Below, in pieces: positions 1-10,825 of a stretch of 64,000 nt of DNA. Source of the stretch: a virus; the IMG/VR virus record IMGVR_UViG_3300045973_000529, positions 126,500 to 190,499 of that record; one strand, written 5' to 3'. The notes under the pieces are model-generated. The model did no database searches and was not told the origin of the DNA. It saw only the letters and a program-made list of their open reading frames with translations. Each line of letters opens with the position of its first letter. The stretch's first letter is position 1. Both the position numbers and the translations under genes were made by a program.

Positions 1-2
1 TC

Positions 3-1466
3 GACACCACGACGCTTGCTGAAGCTGGAATTAGCATTGGCGCATCGCACGGGTTCAGTAATACCAGCGATGCTAACGGGCAAATTCCAGACCCACTTTA
101 CACGGCAAACAGTGGTGTGGGTTGGCGTGCCTGGTCAGTTCCAACACAGGCGCAGTTGGATGCTGACTCGGTTGTTCCTAATAGCTCATGGTTGCCTTAT
201 GTTGGCATTCCTTATTCCTTCACACATGCAGCTGTCCCGATCGGTATCGTGCAAGACGCTGCAGCTGGAGCTTCGTACTCGTTGAACGACGGCACCACCA
301 TCGAACGGTACTCAACAACCTGGAGTGACTGGACCGAGCTGCAACAAGCCATGATTCGTCAGACCCAGACGGCATTGGGTGTTCCGTCAATGACCATCGC
401 AGTGCCAATTGTTTCAAGCGACCGTGTCTCCGTGTACGTGAACGGTGTTGCACAGCTCACTGGCACGTACACTCTGTCAGGTGGCACTCTCACTGTGCTT
501 AGTGTTCCATACGGACACAATGTCACGGTCATCATCCGTGCGTACTCACCGTCGATCAAGGAGCTCGCATTTGATCCAGCAGCGAAGGATGATCTGCTGG
601 TCCAGCGCCAGTACAAGACGGACTACCAGTACGTCGAGATCCCGGTGCGCGATAGTGCTGGTGCGTTGTCACTGACGAAGTACTACTTCTGGGTCAAGAA
701 CCGTGCCACTGCAGCGCCGAAGAACAATCTGTCCGTGAAGGCTGTGACACAGCTCCTGACGAGCGGTCCGTCGCAGTACCTGACGTTCCAAAGCATCAAC
801 AGCTCTGCTCCGTTCGCGTACTCAGGGGTCGCCATTGCTGGGTTGAACTACTTGGTGACGAAGGACAACACCTTCAAGCTTCGCTTCACACGGAACTTCA
901 CTCTGCGGGATGACCCAAATCAACTCGATCTGAAGGACACGCACGTTGAGTGGTCGCTGATCCGTCCAGGACAGCGCACCAAGATCCCTGAAGCCCTGTG
1001 GCTCAAGCTCACCAACACCGCTTGTGGTCAAGATCCAGCTGGAAACACGCTGCCATCGCCACGTCGAACAGCGTACGACGAGCGGAATGGAACCAAGACA
1101 CAGTTCGGGTTTGCTGATGACCAAGTGCTTGCTCCACCCGAGATGGTGCAAGTAACCTTGCTCTCCACGATCCTAAATACTCGGCTGGTGGATGATAGCG
1201 GCGTAGTGACTATTCCTGACTACATTGGGTTCCTGGACTTTGACCAGTACCTGACGTGGTTCGATACACCAGCACACACGCGAAACACCCTGACACGCAT
1301 TTGGAACGAGGCGAAAGTGAGCCAGATCAATGAACTGTTCTTCGCAGTCCTTGAGGACATTGTTGCGGCGAACTATGAGCTGTCAGACGTGTTCAAGACT
1401 TCTCGCTTGAGCGCATACTCGATCAAGATCGTGCGTCCTAGCACCAATGCAACGGTGTACGAATGA
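3..1466 (+). CDS. 5'-truncated large virion structural protein (baseplate wedge-like), C-terminal part
   Basis: The frame is open from position 3 (DTTTLAEAG...), so the track start at 117 is not the true start. It heads a structural operon and its stop overlaps the next ATG. Confidence 0.6.
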   Translation, partial: DTTTLAEAGISIGASHGFSNTSDANGQIPDPLYTANSGVGWRAWSVPTQAQLDADSVVPNSSWLPYVGIPYSFTHAAVPIGIVQDAAAGASYSLNDGTTIERYSTTWSDWTELQQAMIRQTQTALGVPSMTIAVPIVSSDRVSVYVNGVAQLTGTYTLSGGTLTVLSVPYGHNVTVIIRAYSPSIKELAFDPAAKDDLLVQRQYKTDYQYVEIPVRDSAGALSLTKYYFWVKNRATAAPKNNLSVKAVTQLLTSGPSQYLTFQSINSSAPFAYSGVAIAGLNYLVTKDNTFKLRFTRNFTLRDDPNQLDLKDTHVEWSLIRPGQRTKIPEALWLKLTNTACGQDPAGNTLPSPRRTAYDERNGTKTQFGFADDQVLAPPEMVQVTLLSTILNTRLVDDSGVVTIPDYIGFLDFDQYLTWFDTPAHTRNTLTRIWNEAKVSQINELFFAVLEDIVAANYELSDVFKTSRLSAYSIKIVRPSTNATVYE

Positions 1467-4400
1467 CCAACAAGAACTCGATCTATCTCGGAGCCCTGAC
1501 CTCCTTCATTCTCGACACGAAGCCATACCACAGCAAGTTGACAGAAGTCCAGGAGGTCTACCAGTTCGCCGACACGGTGTCTGTGAAGATCGAGGAGCGG
1601 TTCACCCCGAACGTGCTCACCAAGGCTGCTTGGATGTACTCGTACTTCTCTGGTGGCATCCCTCAGATCAGCGCAAACGTTGGTCAACCAATGTCACTGC
1701 ATCAACTCACCAACCCGCTGGTGCGTGGCTACTCGCGGAACAGCGATCCAACGAACTCCCGTGGCGCGTTCAAGGCCTTCCGAGATGAGAACCTCGATCT
1801 GCCAATGGTGCCCTTTGCGTTTGATCCTAAGTGCCTTGGGGATGTTGGACTGAGCGATGCGTTCGTTCAACGGAACGGTTTGATTGCTCGAGACGAGCCA
1901 ATCACTGAAGGGCTTGATGTGTTCCTGACACATGGCGCCTTCGTGTTCCAAGTCAAGCAGGCAACGAGCACTCAACCACTGGTTGTTGGGCGCTTCGAGG
2001 ACACGTATGAGCTGACTGATGCTCCGTTCCCAAAAACAGTGAACCTGCCGTTCACCAATGCTGACTCACTTGTGATCGTCGCTGGTGAAGGGAACGCCAC
2101 TCAACTGACCCTCAGCTCTATCCGAATCTCTGGTCCTGGTAAGGTCGTTGTCTTTGGATTGTCAGCTGCACCGAACTATGCGCCTCAGTACACTGAACGC
2201 AAGAACGAGAACCTGCTCGCAGTTGCAAGTGCCTCGTCGTTGGAGCTGGCTCTTGACACTGTGAATCCGCTCTCAGCGGTGAATCAGCTGATTGGCATCC
2301 TGAATGACATTACTTCGTGGTTGGTGATTCACCCGAACGCGAATGCGACCGCTGCCATCATTGCGCTGCAAGCAACGTTGGCTATTCCAGCAATGCCAAC
2401 CTCATACGAGGCCCTCTTCCAAGCGCTTGTTCTTGGTGGCACACCAGTGCTAACCGGGTATACTGGTTGGGTTGGTCAGGATGCGACAGCTCCTTACGAT
2501 GACCTGTACGTCGATCAAGCGATCGCCGCTCTGTCGCCAGGGCTGGCGATGGGAATGTACTCGGACTTGGCACAACGCGAAAGCGGCAAGCTGCAGTACA
2601 ATGATCTGACTCAAGGGATCCTCACAATCAGCAACGTCATCGCTGATCCGATCCGCGTTGACTACGAAGAGTTCACGCTCGAAGCGATCAATCCAGACGT
2701 GCTGGCGATTCGCGGCTCAAGCACCGGTACAATTGGTGCTGTGCTCGTTGGTGACACCTTCTCGAGCACAGCGCTTGGATTCAGCACCGCACTGATTTCA
2801 CCAGTCATCAGTGCAACAGCAGTCACCGTTGGTCAGAACTACAAGATCATCGCCGCTGGCACCACGAACTTTGAGCTGATGGGCGCTGAGTCGAGTGACC
2901 CAGACACCATGTTTGAAGCAACTACAGTTGGCACCGGCACCGGAACCGTGCAGCAGCTTCTGAATGTCGGTGACGAATTCGTGCTGACGCCACTTGCAAA
3001 GGTCACGGTGCACTATCAGGCGCCGCTCGAGGCATGGAGCGTCATCAGCATCAACCCCCGAGCATACAGCCGACCGTTCCTGACGTCAACCCGGTACGGG
3101 TACATCAGGAGCTTGTCGAACGTCAAGGGGTTCGTGACGATCCTCGACAACACGATTCCATCGACTACACTGGTGTTGACAGCGAACTCGGCGTCGTCGT
3201 TCACCATGACCTCGACCGCTGATCCAGCATACATTCGTGCTGTCACCGTGAACACCCTGTTCAATGACGGCAAGGTTGGCTTTACCGTGGTTGGCGGCAC
3301 TGCCTATTCCTTCGCTGCGGGCGACAAGTTCTACATTGAGATCCAGAATGATGCTCCAGTGGCGCTTGATCTTGATCTGTTCTACGGGTACGACACTGAG
3401 CCGTATGATGCTGACACGATGGTGTACAACAGCATCAGCAGTGCCCTGACGAATTACCTGCAGAAGATTGGCTTCGGTTATGACAGCCGGTTCGTCGGCT
3501 ACGACGTTGCTGGTCTTGGCATGGTGATGTCTGAAGCTGCCGTTGACGGTCGCACTTGGCGGCTTCGTGCGTTGCCGAACCTGTCGTCACCTCTCAATCT
3601 CCAGAATGCGCACTCTCCGAACCCTGTGAACCAGGTGTCGGTGATTGCAACGAACAGCCCAACCAATCCAGCGGCCGCTGTGTTGTATGACATGGCGAAC
3701 AACACGACCAGCGAAGGCGTGCAATCTGGCAATGACCCAGACACGATCGCTGATCTGTTGCTGTACTACGCGACTTCGTTTGCTCTTGAGTACTACGACA
3801 CTGGAACCGAGACGTGGGTGAACGTTGGCACGGTTCCAGTTGGCAGCACGTACACGAACGCCACGCATGGCTTCACCTTCAAGATCCAGCAGGGTTCCAA
3901 GCCATTCATCTCTGGAATCCTGAACACCAGCTGGTACCCAGCAACAACTGGTACCTTCAGCACTGAGGTCACCACCAGCGGCGACATCATCTCGTGGACG
4001 GTGCACAATAACCTGCCGTTCCAGACTGAAGGCAGTGGGCTTACCAGCCGTCGAGCACCTCGGTTGATCATGTACGGCGAAGACTTCTATGAGTCGCCAG
4101 CCGCAAAATGGACGTTGACCTGGATCAGCAGCACTACGTATCGCCTTCAAGGCACGTACACCTCTGGTTTGCAGAACGGTCAGGCAGTGTTCACTGCCCC
4201 TGGCATCACGATCAACACGTCGTCTGATGGCCGTTCGTACAAGAACAGCACCATGCACTTGCACTACACGGTGGTGACTGGCAGTTCAGGTATGACGGCT
4301 GGCGATTCGCTGTCCTTCGAGACGTACGTCAAAGAACCAACGTTCCTGATTCACGGCTCGGTGTCTGGATGGCAGCCAGACGCGATCATCGATCAGTGGT

Positions 4401-7400
4401 ACTGGAACGGCAAGATTGGTTTCAAGATTCCACGCGCCAAGATCTATCGGTTCGATCCGGTTGATGGCACTCCGTTCGGCGAAGGTCCGTGGGCAGTGTC
4501 GAACGGCACCATCACCTGTACTCGTCTCCGGCCAGACACCCCAACCTCCTCGTATACCGTGACTTGCAACACTGCAGGGCATTGGATGCTGTTCCGCGAC
4601 GGTGCATTGGTGAGCGATGGCACGACCTCTGTCAGTGATCTGTACCTCACTCTTGCGCTGCCCACTGCGGTTGTCGATGTGACTTATCGATTCGGTGTAC
4701 GTGGGCATGACTACGCGATGGCTGAAGGACATGACCTGGCTATCATCAAGACGAGTGCCGGTCGATCGCCAACAGCCAATGACTTCGTGTTGCTTGAGCG
4801 CACAACTGCTGATCACCTGCAGATCTCGATCCAACCAAAGGACACAGCGCACGGACAAGTGCTTGATGCGTTGGCACCAGTTGTAACGGACCTCCGGTTC
4901 GTGGACCACAACGCGAACTCGAACGTTCCGCTGTCGGCAACTTCTCCTGAAACAGCGGTGCTAACCGGGTGGTTCGGTATCACCGAAACGAAGCTTGATA
5001 GTACCACATCAACCGCTGAGTTCAGTGACCCTCTGAAGACCGTCGTGGTCCGAGCCACTGCTACGGGTGAAACTGTCGGTGTGGTGTCGTCACTGGGCAC
5101 CACGGCTGCTGAGCCGGTGATCTTCCGTTGGGATCCAGCCTTCCACGCCAAGTACCTGCCACTGAACGCTCAAGCTACTGTGGTGACCCTTGGCTCTGGT
5201 ATGAACGAGGCGGTGCACGTGAACATGCACGATGCCGCCATGTTCTTGCTCGGTGGCGGTGGTTTGTCAACTGAAGCGTTCTTCACGGACGTTGCACAGG
5301 TTGCCTTCGTTGAGAATGGGCATCAGTGGGCAATGAACTTCAGCTATGGCGATGATGTCGGTGCTGCAGTGGCTGATACCGGGTTCACTGGGTTCTTGCC
5401 TGGCTACGACAACGTGCCGATGGACTTTGAACTTGGGGTTGGTGATGTGAACTCCGAAGCCGCGGCTTCGGGGTACTACGATGCTGGTGTTCCACTGACT
5501 GAGTACTTCCTGCAAGCTCAGTCACTGGCGCTGCTGCCGTCAATGACACCACAACAACAGGCGCTGTTCAATGATCTGACCAATGTTCTGTTCCCGTACC
5601 TCGACGGTGGTGATGTCATCACAACCACGATGGTTGAGTTCCTTGCGAACGTTGGTGCCTCGACTACGGTTCCAGTGTTCAACAACATCGTGAACTGGAC
5701 TGGCACCACCAATGGTTTCGGCATTCCAGACGTCGGCATGGGCATGGACATTGGTGAGACCCCGGTCAATACTGTCGGCACTGCGTTCGACGAAAGTCTG
5801 GCGATTCTTGCCATTGATCAGGCGTACACCTTTAGCGTTGGAACCTATGGTCAGGGTGGGTACGACGCTGCGTTCTCTGACACCATCTTCGTGACGTCAC
5901 CAACGCTGCCGCCTTCACCTGTTTCAGGGCTCCCATCAGTCGGTACCACTTACGCGAACTACAACGCAGCAATGGAAATCGGTCTGCCTGGAGCGCACAA
6001 CATCGAAGTGTCGTTCCTATCCGCTCTGCTGAACACACCTAACTTCTACATCTGGCGCCCAACAGACGTCTCACCGATGGTGGTTTCGGTCGTTGAGCGA
6101 CTGACGGACCGTGCCTTCCGATTCTCTGTGCCTGTTGGTGGCGAGATGAAGCTCATTGCTATTCCGAATTTGTACTACAATCCAGCTGACGCGAACGTGA
6201 AGCTCTTGCTGCACGGTGAAGGCACTGTTGGAACTGGCACATACATCGATTCGTCATCGTACAACCGCACGATGGCTGCAACTAGCAGCGTCGTTGTTCT
6301 TTCAACAGCGCAGCACTATCGCGGTCTGAGCTCATTGAACGTCATCGGGAATGTGAACTTCTCGACCCCAGCGCTGACCACGAACGAGTGGCTGTCGATG
6401 GGCACCACTGCCAATCCGCTCACCATCGAAATGGCGGTACAAGTTGCCGCTGGCAATCCAGGCGGCGTTCTGGCTGGCAATCCAGCGTTGACTGGTGGTA
6501 ACTTCGGTTGGTGGAAGTTCACGTTGGCGACTGACGTCGGCGTCGGTACCCCAACTCCTCGCATCATTCTTGCGTACAACGGTGGAACAGCATTCGTGCC
6601 GCTCACTGGTTGGACACACGGCACCGGCACCTGGCACATGATTGCCATCGCAATGCGTGGCACAACGAACTACGAGTTTGGCGTCTGGATGGATGGTGTC
6701 TGGAAGGGGTCTGCTACGCTGGCCAATCCAATCGTGACGCCGTTTGGACCTATCGACAGCGAGCTGAACCTTACCCGCTCGCAGGGTAATGACCAGTTCC
6801 TCGGTTATCTGGATGAAGTTCGCATCAGCAATGAGCTCTTCCTCCCATGGGGCAGCAACTACACACTGTGGCCATCTGAGTTCCCGAATCCGCCAGTGCC
6901 AGTTCCGACTGCACTTGCCTTGTGGCATGCTGAAGACCTGCTCGATAGCACAGCGAACAACGTGGACATCACCTCGGGCAATGCCACGGTATCGGCCGTC
7001 GACAAGAAGTTCGGCACCAATTCGTTCTTCTTCAACAGCACGTACCTGCTGGCACCGTCAAATGCAGCACTCAATCTTGGCACTGGGGACTTCACTGTCG
7101 AAGCCTTCGTGAAGCATCAAACCGGTACCTCCGGTTTCGGCGGCATCATCAGCGCAAACAGCGGCTCATCGCGAGTGTACCTCTTCGTTCAAGGACCAAC
7201 ACAGGCTCTCGGCTTCGGTGGTGACACGATGCCTGACTTCTCGACAGCAGCAAACACGCTGACAGCAAATGTCTGGCATCACGTTGCTGTCACCCGTCAG
7301 GGCACGACCCTGCGCCTGTTCGTTGATGGAATTCTTGGCAATACGGCAACTTGCGGTGTCACGGCACTTGCAAACTTCAGTGCAGGTGGCACATTGATTG

Positions 7401-7546
7401 GCACTGCAAACGTTGGCTTCGGCACTGCACCGCCAGTGAACGCCAATCAAGCGTATGTGGGCTACATTGACGAAGTTCGTGTTGTTGGTTCCTGCTTGTA
7501 CGCTGCGAATTTCGTCCCGCCGACTATCCCATTCACGGCAGTCTGA
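1463..7546 (+). CDS. 2027-aa virion/tail protein with two C-terminal LamG/ConA-like domains
   Basis: Two repeats of the LamG-type pattern (LLLHGEG/ALWHAE ... WH.VA+.R.G ... +F+DG ... GY+DE+R+) in a beta-rich, Thr/Gly-rich body. Confidence 0.75.
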   Translation: MTNKNSIYLGALTSFILDTKPYHSKLTEVQEVYQFADTVSVKIEERFTPNVLTKAAWMYSYFSGGIPQISANVGQPMSLHQLTNPLVRGYSRNSDPTNSRGAFKAFRDENLDLPMVPFAFDPKCLGDVGLSDAFVQRNGLIARDEPITEGLDVFLTHGAFVFQVKQATSTQPLVVGRFEDTYELTDAPFPKTVNLPFTNADSLVIVAGEGNATQLTLSSIRISGPGKVVVFGLSAAPNYAPQYTERKNENLLAVASASSLELALDTVNPLSAVNQLIGILNDITSWLVIHPNANATAAIIALQATLAIPAMPTSYEALFQALVLGGTPVLTGYTGWVGQDATAPYDDLYVDQAIAALSPGLAMGMYSDLAQRESGKLQYNDLTQGILTISNVIADPIRVDYEEFTLEAINPDVLAIRGSSTGTIGAVLVGDTFSSTALGFSTALISPVISATAVTVGQNYKIIAAGTTNFELMGAESSDPDTMFEATTVGTGTGTVQQLLNVGDEFVLTPLAKVTVHYQAPLEAWSVISINPRAYSRPFLTSTRYGYIRSLSNVKGFVTILDNTIPSTTLVLTANSASSFTMTSTADPAYIRAVTVNTLFNDGKVGFTVVGGTAYSFAAGDKFYIEIQNDAPVALDLDLFYGYDTEPYDADTMVYNSISSALTNYLQKIGFGYDSRFVGYDVAGLGMVMSEAAVDGRTWRLRALPNLSSPLNLQNAHSPNPVNQVSVIATNSPTNPAAAVLYDMANNTTSEGVQSGNDPDTIADLLLYYATSFALEYYDTGTETWVNVGTVPVGSTYTNATHGFTFKIQQGSKPFISGILNTSWYPATTGTFSTEVTTSGDIISWTVHNNLPFQTEGSGLTSRRAPRLIMYGEDFYESPAAKWTLTWISSTTYRLQGTYTSGLQNGQAVFTAPGITINTSSDGRSYKNSTMHLHYTVVTGSSGMTAGDSLSFETYVKEPTFLIHGSVSGWQPDAIIDQWYWNGKIGFKIPRAKIYRFDPVDGTPFGEGPWAVSNGTITCTRLRPDTPTSSYTVTCNTAGHWMLFRDGALVSDGTTSVSDLYLTLALPTAVVDVTYRFGVRGHDYAMAEGHDLAIIKTSAGRSPTANDFVLLERTTADHLQISIQPKDTAHGQVLDALAPVVTDLRFVDHNANSNVPLSATSPETAVLTGWFGITETKLDSTTSTAEFSDPLKTVVVRATATGETVGVVSSLGTTAAEPVIFRWDPAFHAKYLPLNAQATVVTLGSGMNEAVHVNMHDAAMFLLGGGGLSTEAFFTDVAQVAFVENGHQWAMNFSYGDDVGAAVADTGFTGFLPGYDNVPMDFELGVGDVNSEAAASGYYDAGVPLTEYFLQAQSLALLPSMTPQQQALFNDLTNVLFPYLDGGDVITTTMVEFLANVGASTTVPVFNNIVNWTGTTNGFGIPDVGMGMDIGETPVNTVGTAFDESLAILAIDQAYTFSVGTYGQGGYDAAFSDTIFVTSPTLPPSPVSGLPSVGTTYANYNAAMEIGLPGAHNIEVSFLSALLNTPNFYIWRPTDVSPMVVSVVERLTDRAFRFSVPVGGEMKLIAIPNLYYNPADANVKLLLHGEGTVGTGTYIDSSSYNRTMAATSSVVVLSTAQHYRGLSSLNVIGNVNFSTPALTTNEWLSMGTTANPLTIEMAVQVAAGNPGGVLAGNPALTGGNFGWWKFTLATDVGVGTPTPRIILAYNGGTAFVPLTGWTHGTGTWHMIAIAMRGTTNYEFGVWMDGVWKGSATLANPIVTPFGPIDSELNLTRSQGNDQFLGYLDEVRISNELFLPWGSNYTLWPSEFPNPPVPVPTALALWHAEDLLDSTANNVDITSGNATVSAVDKKFGTNSFFFNSTYLLAPSNAALNLGTGDFTVEAFVKHQTGTSGFGGIISANSGSSRVYLFVQGPTQALGFGGDTMPDFSTAANTLTANVWHHVAVTRQGTTLRLFVDGILGNTATCGVTALANFSAGGTLIGTANVGFGTAPPVNANQAYVGYIDEVRVVGSCLYAANFVPPTIPFTAV

Positions 7547-7554
7547 CCCCGACG

Positions 7555-7560
7555 TAAATA
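7555..7560 (+). promoter_or_regulatory. late promoter core TAAATA (gp55-type)
   Basis: TAAATA 25 nt upstream of ATG 7586. Resembles the T4 late promoter TATAAATA, and gp55 is encoded in this window. Confidence 0.75.
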
Positions 7561-7585
7561 GGGAACTACTCAAGGGACTCGCTCC

Positions 7586-8224
7586 ATGCAAGAAACTCTC
7601 AACACTAAGGTCTCTGGTCACGTCCTCGTAAAGGACGACCAGGGGCAGGTTCTAGTGAACAAACTGAACGCGATTCACCCAGGAAACATGGCTACGGCGA
7701 TTGCCCGTGGGCTGTCGAATGCGGCGCACAGCCAGATCTGGAAGATGAAGCTCGGCAATCAGGGCACGTACGTTGACTCAAGTCAGCAGATCGTGTTCCG
7801 TCCGCCGAACACCACTGGTGTCACTGCCGATCTGTACAATCCGACGTACTACGAGATCGTTGACGACGCTGACTCTGGGGTTGGTGTTGGCAATAGCGTG
7901 ACGTTCACGAACATTCCACTCAGCACCAGCACTCGGGTGATCATCACTTGTGTGATCTCGGCAAACGAAGCCGTGAACCGCCCAACTGACCAATCGGACA
8001 CGATCACGACTTCATCAGGTGGTCTTGACGGCGTTGATGCAACACCGACCGAAGGCACGTACTTCTTCGATGAGCTTGGGCTCTTCACTGAAGGTATTGG
8101 TACACCTAGCATCTTGAATGAAACAGATGAACTGATGCTCTCTCACCTCGTGTTCTCACCAATCGAACACACGGGGAACAGAGAACTTACCATCGTCTAT
8201 ACCCTCACCATCACAGTGACCTGA
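7586..8224 (+). CDS. virion structural protein (baseplate/fibre-adaptor-like)
   Basis: 212 aa under a late promoter; contains FDELGLF ... +SH+VF.P+E, a pattern seen in phage tail/baseplate proteins. Confidence 0.55.
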   Translation: MQETLNTKVSGHVLVKDDQGQVLVNKLNAIHPGNMATAIARGLSNAAHSQIWKMKLGNQGTYVDSSQQIVFRPPNTTGVTADLYNPTYYEIVDDADSGVGVGNSVTFTNIPLSTSTRVIITCVISANEAVNRPTDQSDTITTSSGGLDGVDATPTEGTYFFDELGLFTEGIGTPSILNETDELMLSHLVFSPIEHTGNRELTIVYTLTITVT

Positions 8225-8247
8225 TACAGTGGTCTAACGCGTGGCCC

Positions 8248-8253
8248 TAAATA
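8248..8253 (+). promoter_or_regulatory. late promoter core TAAATA
   Basis: TAAATA upstream of GTG 8282. Confidence 0.75.
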
Positions 8254-8281
8254 GGCTCGCAACCTCACGTTCAGGATAACC

Positions 8282-9934
8282 GTGAAGCTCCAGTTTACCC
8301 AAGGGATCGTCAGGCATCAGACGGACACAAGCGGGAACCCAACGTTCTTGCAGCGTTCGTCCGGCGCGGGGCAGTTCGTCGATTTGGTGGTATCACCGAA
8401 TCCGACTGTGCTCGCCATTGCTCATCGCGATTCAACCTACATCGTCGAGGAAGTCAAGACGATCCCCAATGCATGGGGACCGATCAACACTTCAGCCACC
8501 CGGCACCTGTATTGGGATGTGAATCTTCTCACGGGTGTCATCACCCGTGGCATGACCCTGTTCCAGCCGATCTACTCAAGCTCGGAACCAACTTCACCTG
8601 CACTTGATCAGCATTGGTTTGACACTGACAAGAACACATTCTTCGTCTGGACAGCTGAAGCTGGCTGGGTCGAGCGTGTCAGAATCTTTGCTGGCTACGT
8701 TACCTCCGGCGCCATCATTCGTCCAGCTGCTATCGGCTCACAAGCTGGGCTGATTGGAAACTTCGAAGGCGGACACCTAATCCGTGACAGTTTCGGCATG
8801 CCGCTGCGGCAGGCAAATGGGTGCTTCGTCACCAGTGCCTCGCAGCTGAACGTCACGAATCTTGGCACCGTCACAACGCGCATCGAAGGCACTATCTCGT
8901 CCGTGTATGCGGCCGAAGAGATTCCGCGCTTTCACCTGATTTCACTCCAAGCCGGTGGTCGAGCAGTGCTTGCTCGTTCTACCGACTACAGAATGCGGAT
9001 TGGCGGCCTTGTTGCTGAAGATCTGTACGAGGGTGATGTTGCCAAGTTGTTCACGAGCGGCGTTGTTCGCTCACCATTCTTCTCCTGGCCAGCAGACAAG
9101 ATCAATCGTCCTCTGTTCTGTGGGCCGACTGGTCAGATCACCTTGACTCCTCCGAGTCAAGGGGTGCTTCAACAGGTCGGGTTCGTTTATGATGTGGATG
9201 CCGTTCTCATGGCGATCCATCAGGTCATCGTTCTCGATGACCCTGCTGACATCATCACCGTGCCACCACCTGCACCTTTTGAAGCCCCGATCGCCAACTT
9301 CTTCGCGACGCCAACATCAGGACTGGCACCGCTCGAGGTAGTGTTCACGAGCACCGCTTCAGGTGCCATCACGACCGAGTGGGACTTCTTGAACGATGGC
9401 TTCATCGATGCTACTGGCCCTGCGGCTGTGCACACCTTCCAGACGCCTGGTACCTTTACGGTTCGCCAACGCGTCATCAACGGCTTCGGTCAAGATGACG
9501 AAGTCAAGACAGGGTACATCACGGTCACCAGTCCAGCGACGCTGCCTACGAAGACCAATCTTGGTCTGTCATTCGGCGCTCCAGCACAGCTGACTGCAGG
9601 CCGCACCTTCACACTGCAGGTCATCACGTCGAACGATGGTCTCTTGAACGCTACCGACGTGCTGCGTCAGATCGTGTTGAAGGCGAACAACAGCACTCAG
9701 CTCACTATCACGGCTCCGCCAGTTGGTACTACGATCAGCTACACGAACGGTAAGACAGTGATCACACTGCCGCTGATTCCGTTGGCATCTGGTGCTTCTG
9801 CTACCGTGGCATTGCAGGTCGCAGTGCAGTCGAACGTGAACAAGGTCATGATCGATGGCAACGTCTCGTCGCCAGAAATTGATTCTGAAGGACGCGACAA
9901 CTCAGCATCTTTGACGATTGAGGCTCGCACATGA
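8282..9934 (+). CDS. virion protein with C-terminal PKD and DUF11-like Ig-fold domains
   Basis: APIANFFATPTSGLAPLEVVFTS...WDF (PKD), followed by TNLGLSFGAP...GRTFTLQV..SNDG (DUF11-like). Confidence 0.7.
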   Translation: MKLQFTQGIVRHQTDTSGNPTFLQRSSGAGQFVDLVVSPNPTVLAIAHRDSTYIVEEVKTIPNAWGPINTSATRHLYWDVNLLTGVITRGMTLFQPIYSSSEPTSPALDQHWFDTDKNTFFVWTAEAGWVERVRIFAGYVTSGAIIRPAAIGSQAGLIGNFEGGHLIRDSFGMPLRQANGCFVTSASQLNVTNLGTVTTRIEGTISSVYAAEEIPRFHLISLQAGGRAVLARSTDYRMRIGGLVAEDLYEGDVAKLFTSGVVRSPFFSWPADKINRPLFCGPTGQITLTPPSQGVLQQVGFVYDVDAVLMAIHQVIVLDDPADIITVPPPAPFEAPIANFFATPTSGLAPLEVVFTSTASGAITTEWDFLNDGFIDATGPAAVHTFQTPGTFTVRQRVINGFGQDDEVKTGYITVTSPATLPTKTNLGLSFGAPAQLTAGRTFTLQVITSNDGLLNATDVLRQIVLKANNSTQLTITAPPVGTTISYTNGKTVITLPLIPLASGASATVALQVAVQSNVNKVMIDGNVSSPEIDSEGRDNSASLTIEART

Positions 9935-10521
9935 CCACAGTCTTCAAACTTGTCTACCTGAATGAAGAGACCGGCGAGCTTGGTAAGCTGCCGGACTTTG
10001 GCATCACGACCATCGGTGGCTCAACGTCACCAACGTTCTTCATCAGTGGTAAGCCACTGCTGTTCGCTGACGGTTCATCGACTGACGGTACAAACAACCC
10101 GCCACCGATGTTCCAGAACTCGCTGCAAGCGAGCTACATCGCCAGCGGCATTCCAGCGAACATCAGTACCGTAACGACGAAGGACATCCAGTTCACCGCG
10201 CTGAACGGGAACAAGTTCATCTTCGACGCGGATACCGGTCAGGTCACTATCGAGGGTGATCTGGTCACCAACTCGGTGAGTGGTGGTGGCTCGGCAATCA
10301 GAACGCATGAGCACACCCAGAGCATCGCAGGAACGATCTGGACCATCAACCATGGCAAGAACTCCTGGTGCCCGACGCTGACGGTGTACGACAATCTACG
10401 CAACGTAGTACCACAACTAAAAATCATCCCAGATGAAATCGTGATCATCAATGCGAACTCGATTCAGGTACGGTTCAACACGCCGCAGATCGGACGTGCC
10501 GTCATCTTGTTCTTTGATTGA
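9931..10521 (+). CDS. structural protein with one copy of the HTQ...W.I.H repeat domain
   Basis: C-terminal HEHTQSIAGTIWTINHG...IIPDEI...VRFNTPQIGRAVIL. Confidence 0.65.
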   Translation: MTTVFKLVYLNEETGELGKLPDFGITTIGGSTSPTFFISGKPLLFADGSSTDGTNNPPPMFQNSLQASYIASGIPANISTVTTKDIQFTALNGNKFIFDADTGQVTIEGDLVTNSVSGGGSAIRTHEHTQSIAGTIWTINHGKNSWCPTLTVYDNLRNVVPQLKIIPDEIVIINANSIQVRFNTPQIGRAVILFFD

Positions 10522-10548
10522 TTTCCTACGCCCCGGTTACCCAGGGGC

Positions 10549-10554
10549 TAAATA
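10549..10554 (+). promoter_or_regulatory. late promoter core TAAATA
   Basis: TAAATA upstream of ATG 10585. Confidence 0.7.
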
Positions 10555-10584
10555 CCTACGAAGACAGAATGGTAACACATCACG

Positions 10585-10809
10585 ATGAAGCACGTCGAAA
10601 CTTCGGACATTGTCCTGGCCGCCACGCTGAAGGTGAAGGGGTACCGACTGGATCGCATTGAGAAGGACGGAAAACGTGGCATCTTCTGCTTTGCAGACGT
10701 CACTGAAGCCGAACTCACGCAGTTCAATTTGGGTCAGGCGCTGGTGGAGCCTGTAGCCCTCAACAATGCGGTCAAAGCCTTGACCACAGCCACTAAACGT
10801 ATCCTGTAA
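10585..10809 (+). CDS. small DUF5659-like protein
   Basis: ETSDIVLAATLKVKGY...IFCF...LVEP pattern, 74 aa. Confidence 0.55.
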   Translation: MKHVETSDIVLAATLKVKGYRLDRIEKDGKRGIFCFADVTEAELTQFNLGQALVEPVALNNAVKALTTATKRIL

Positions 10810-10825
10810 CCCTTAGGAGTTCCCA

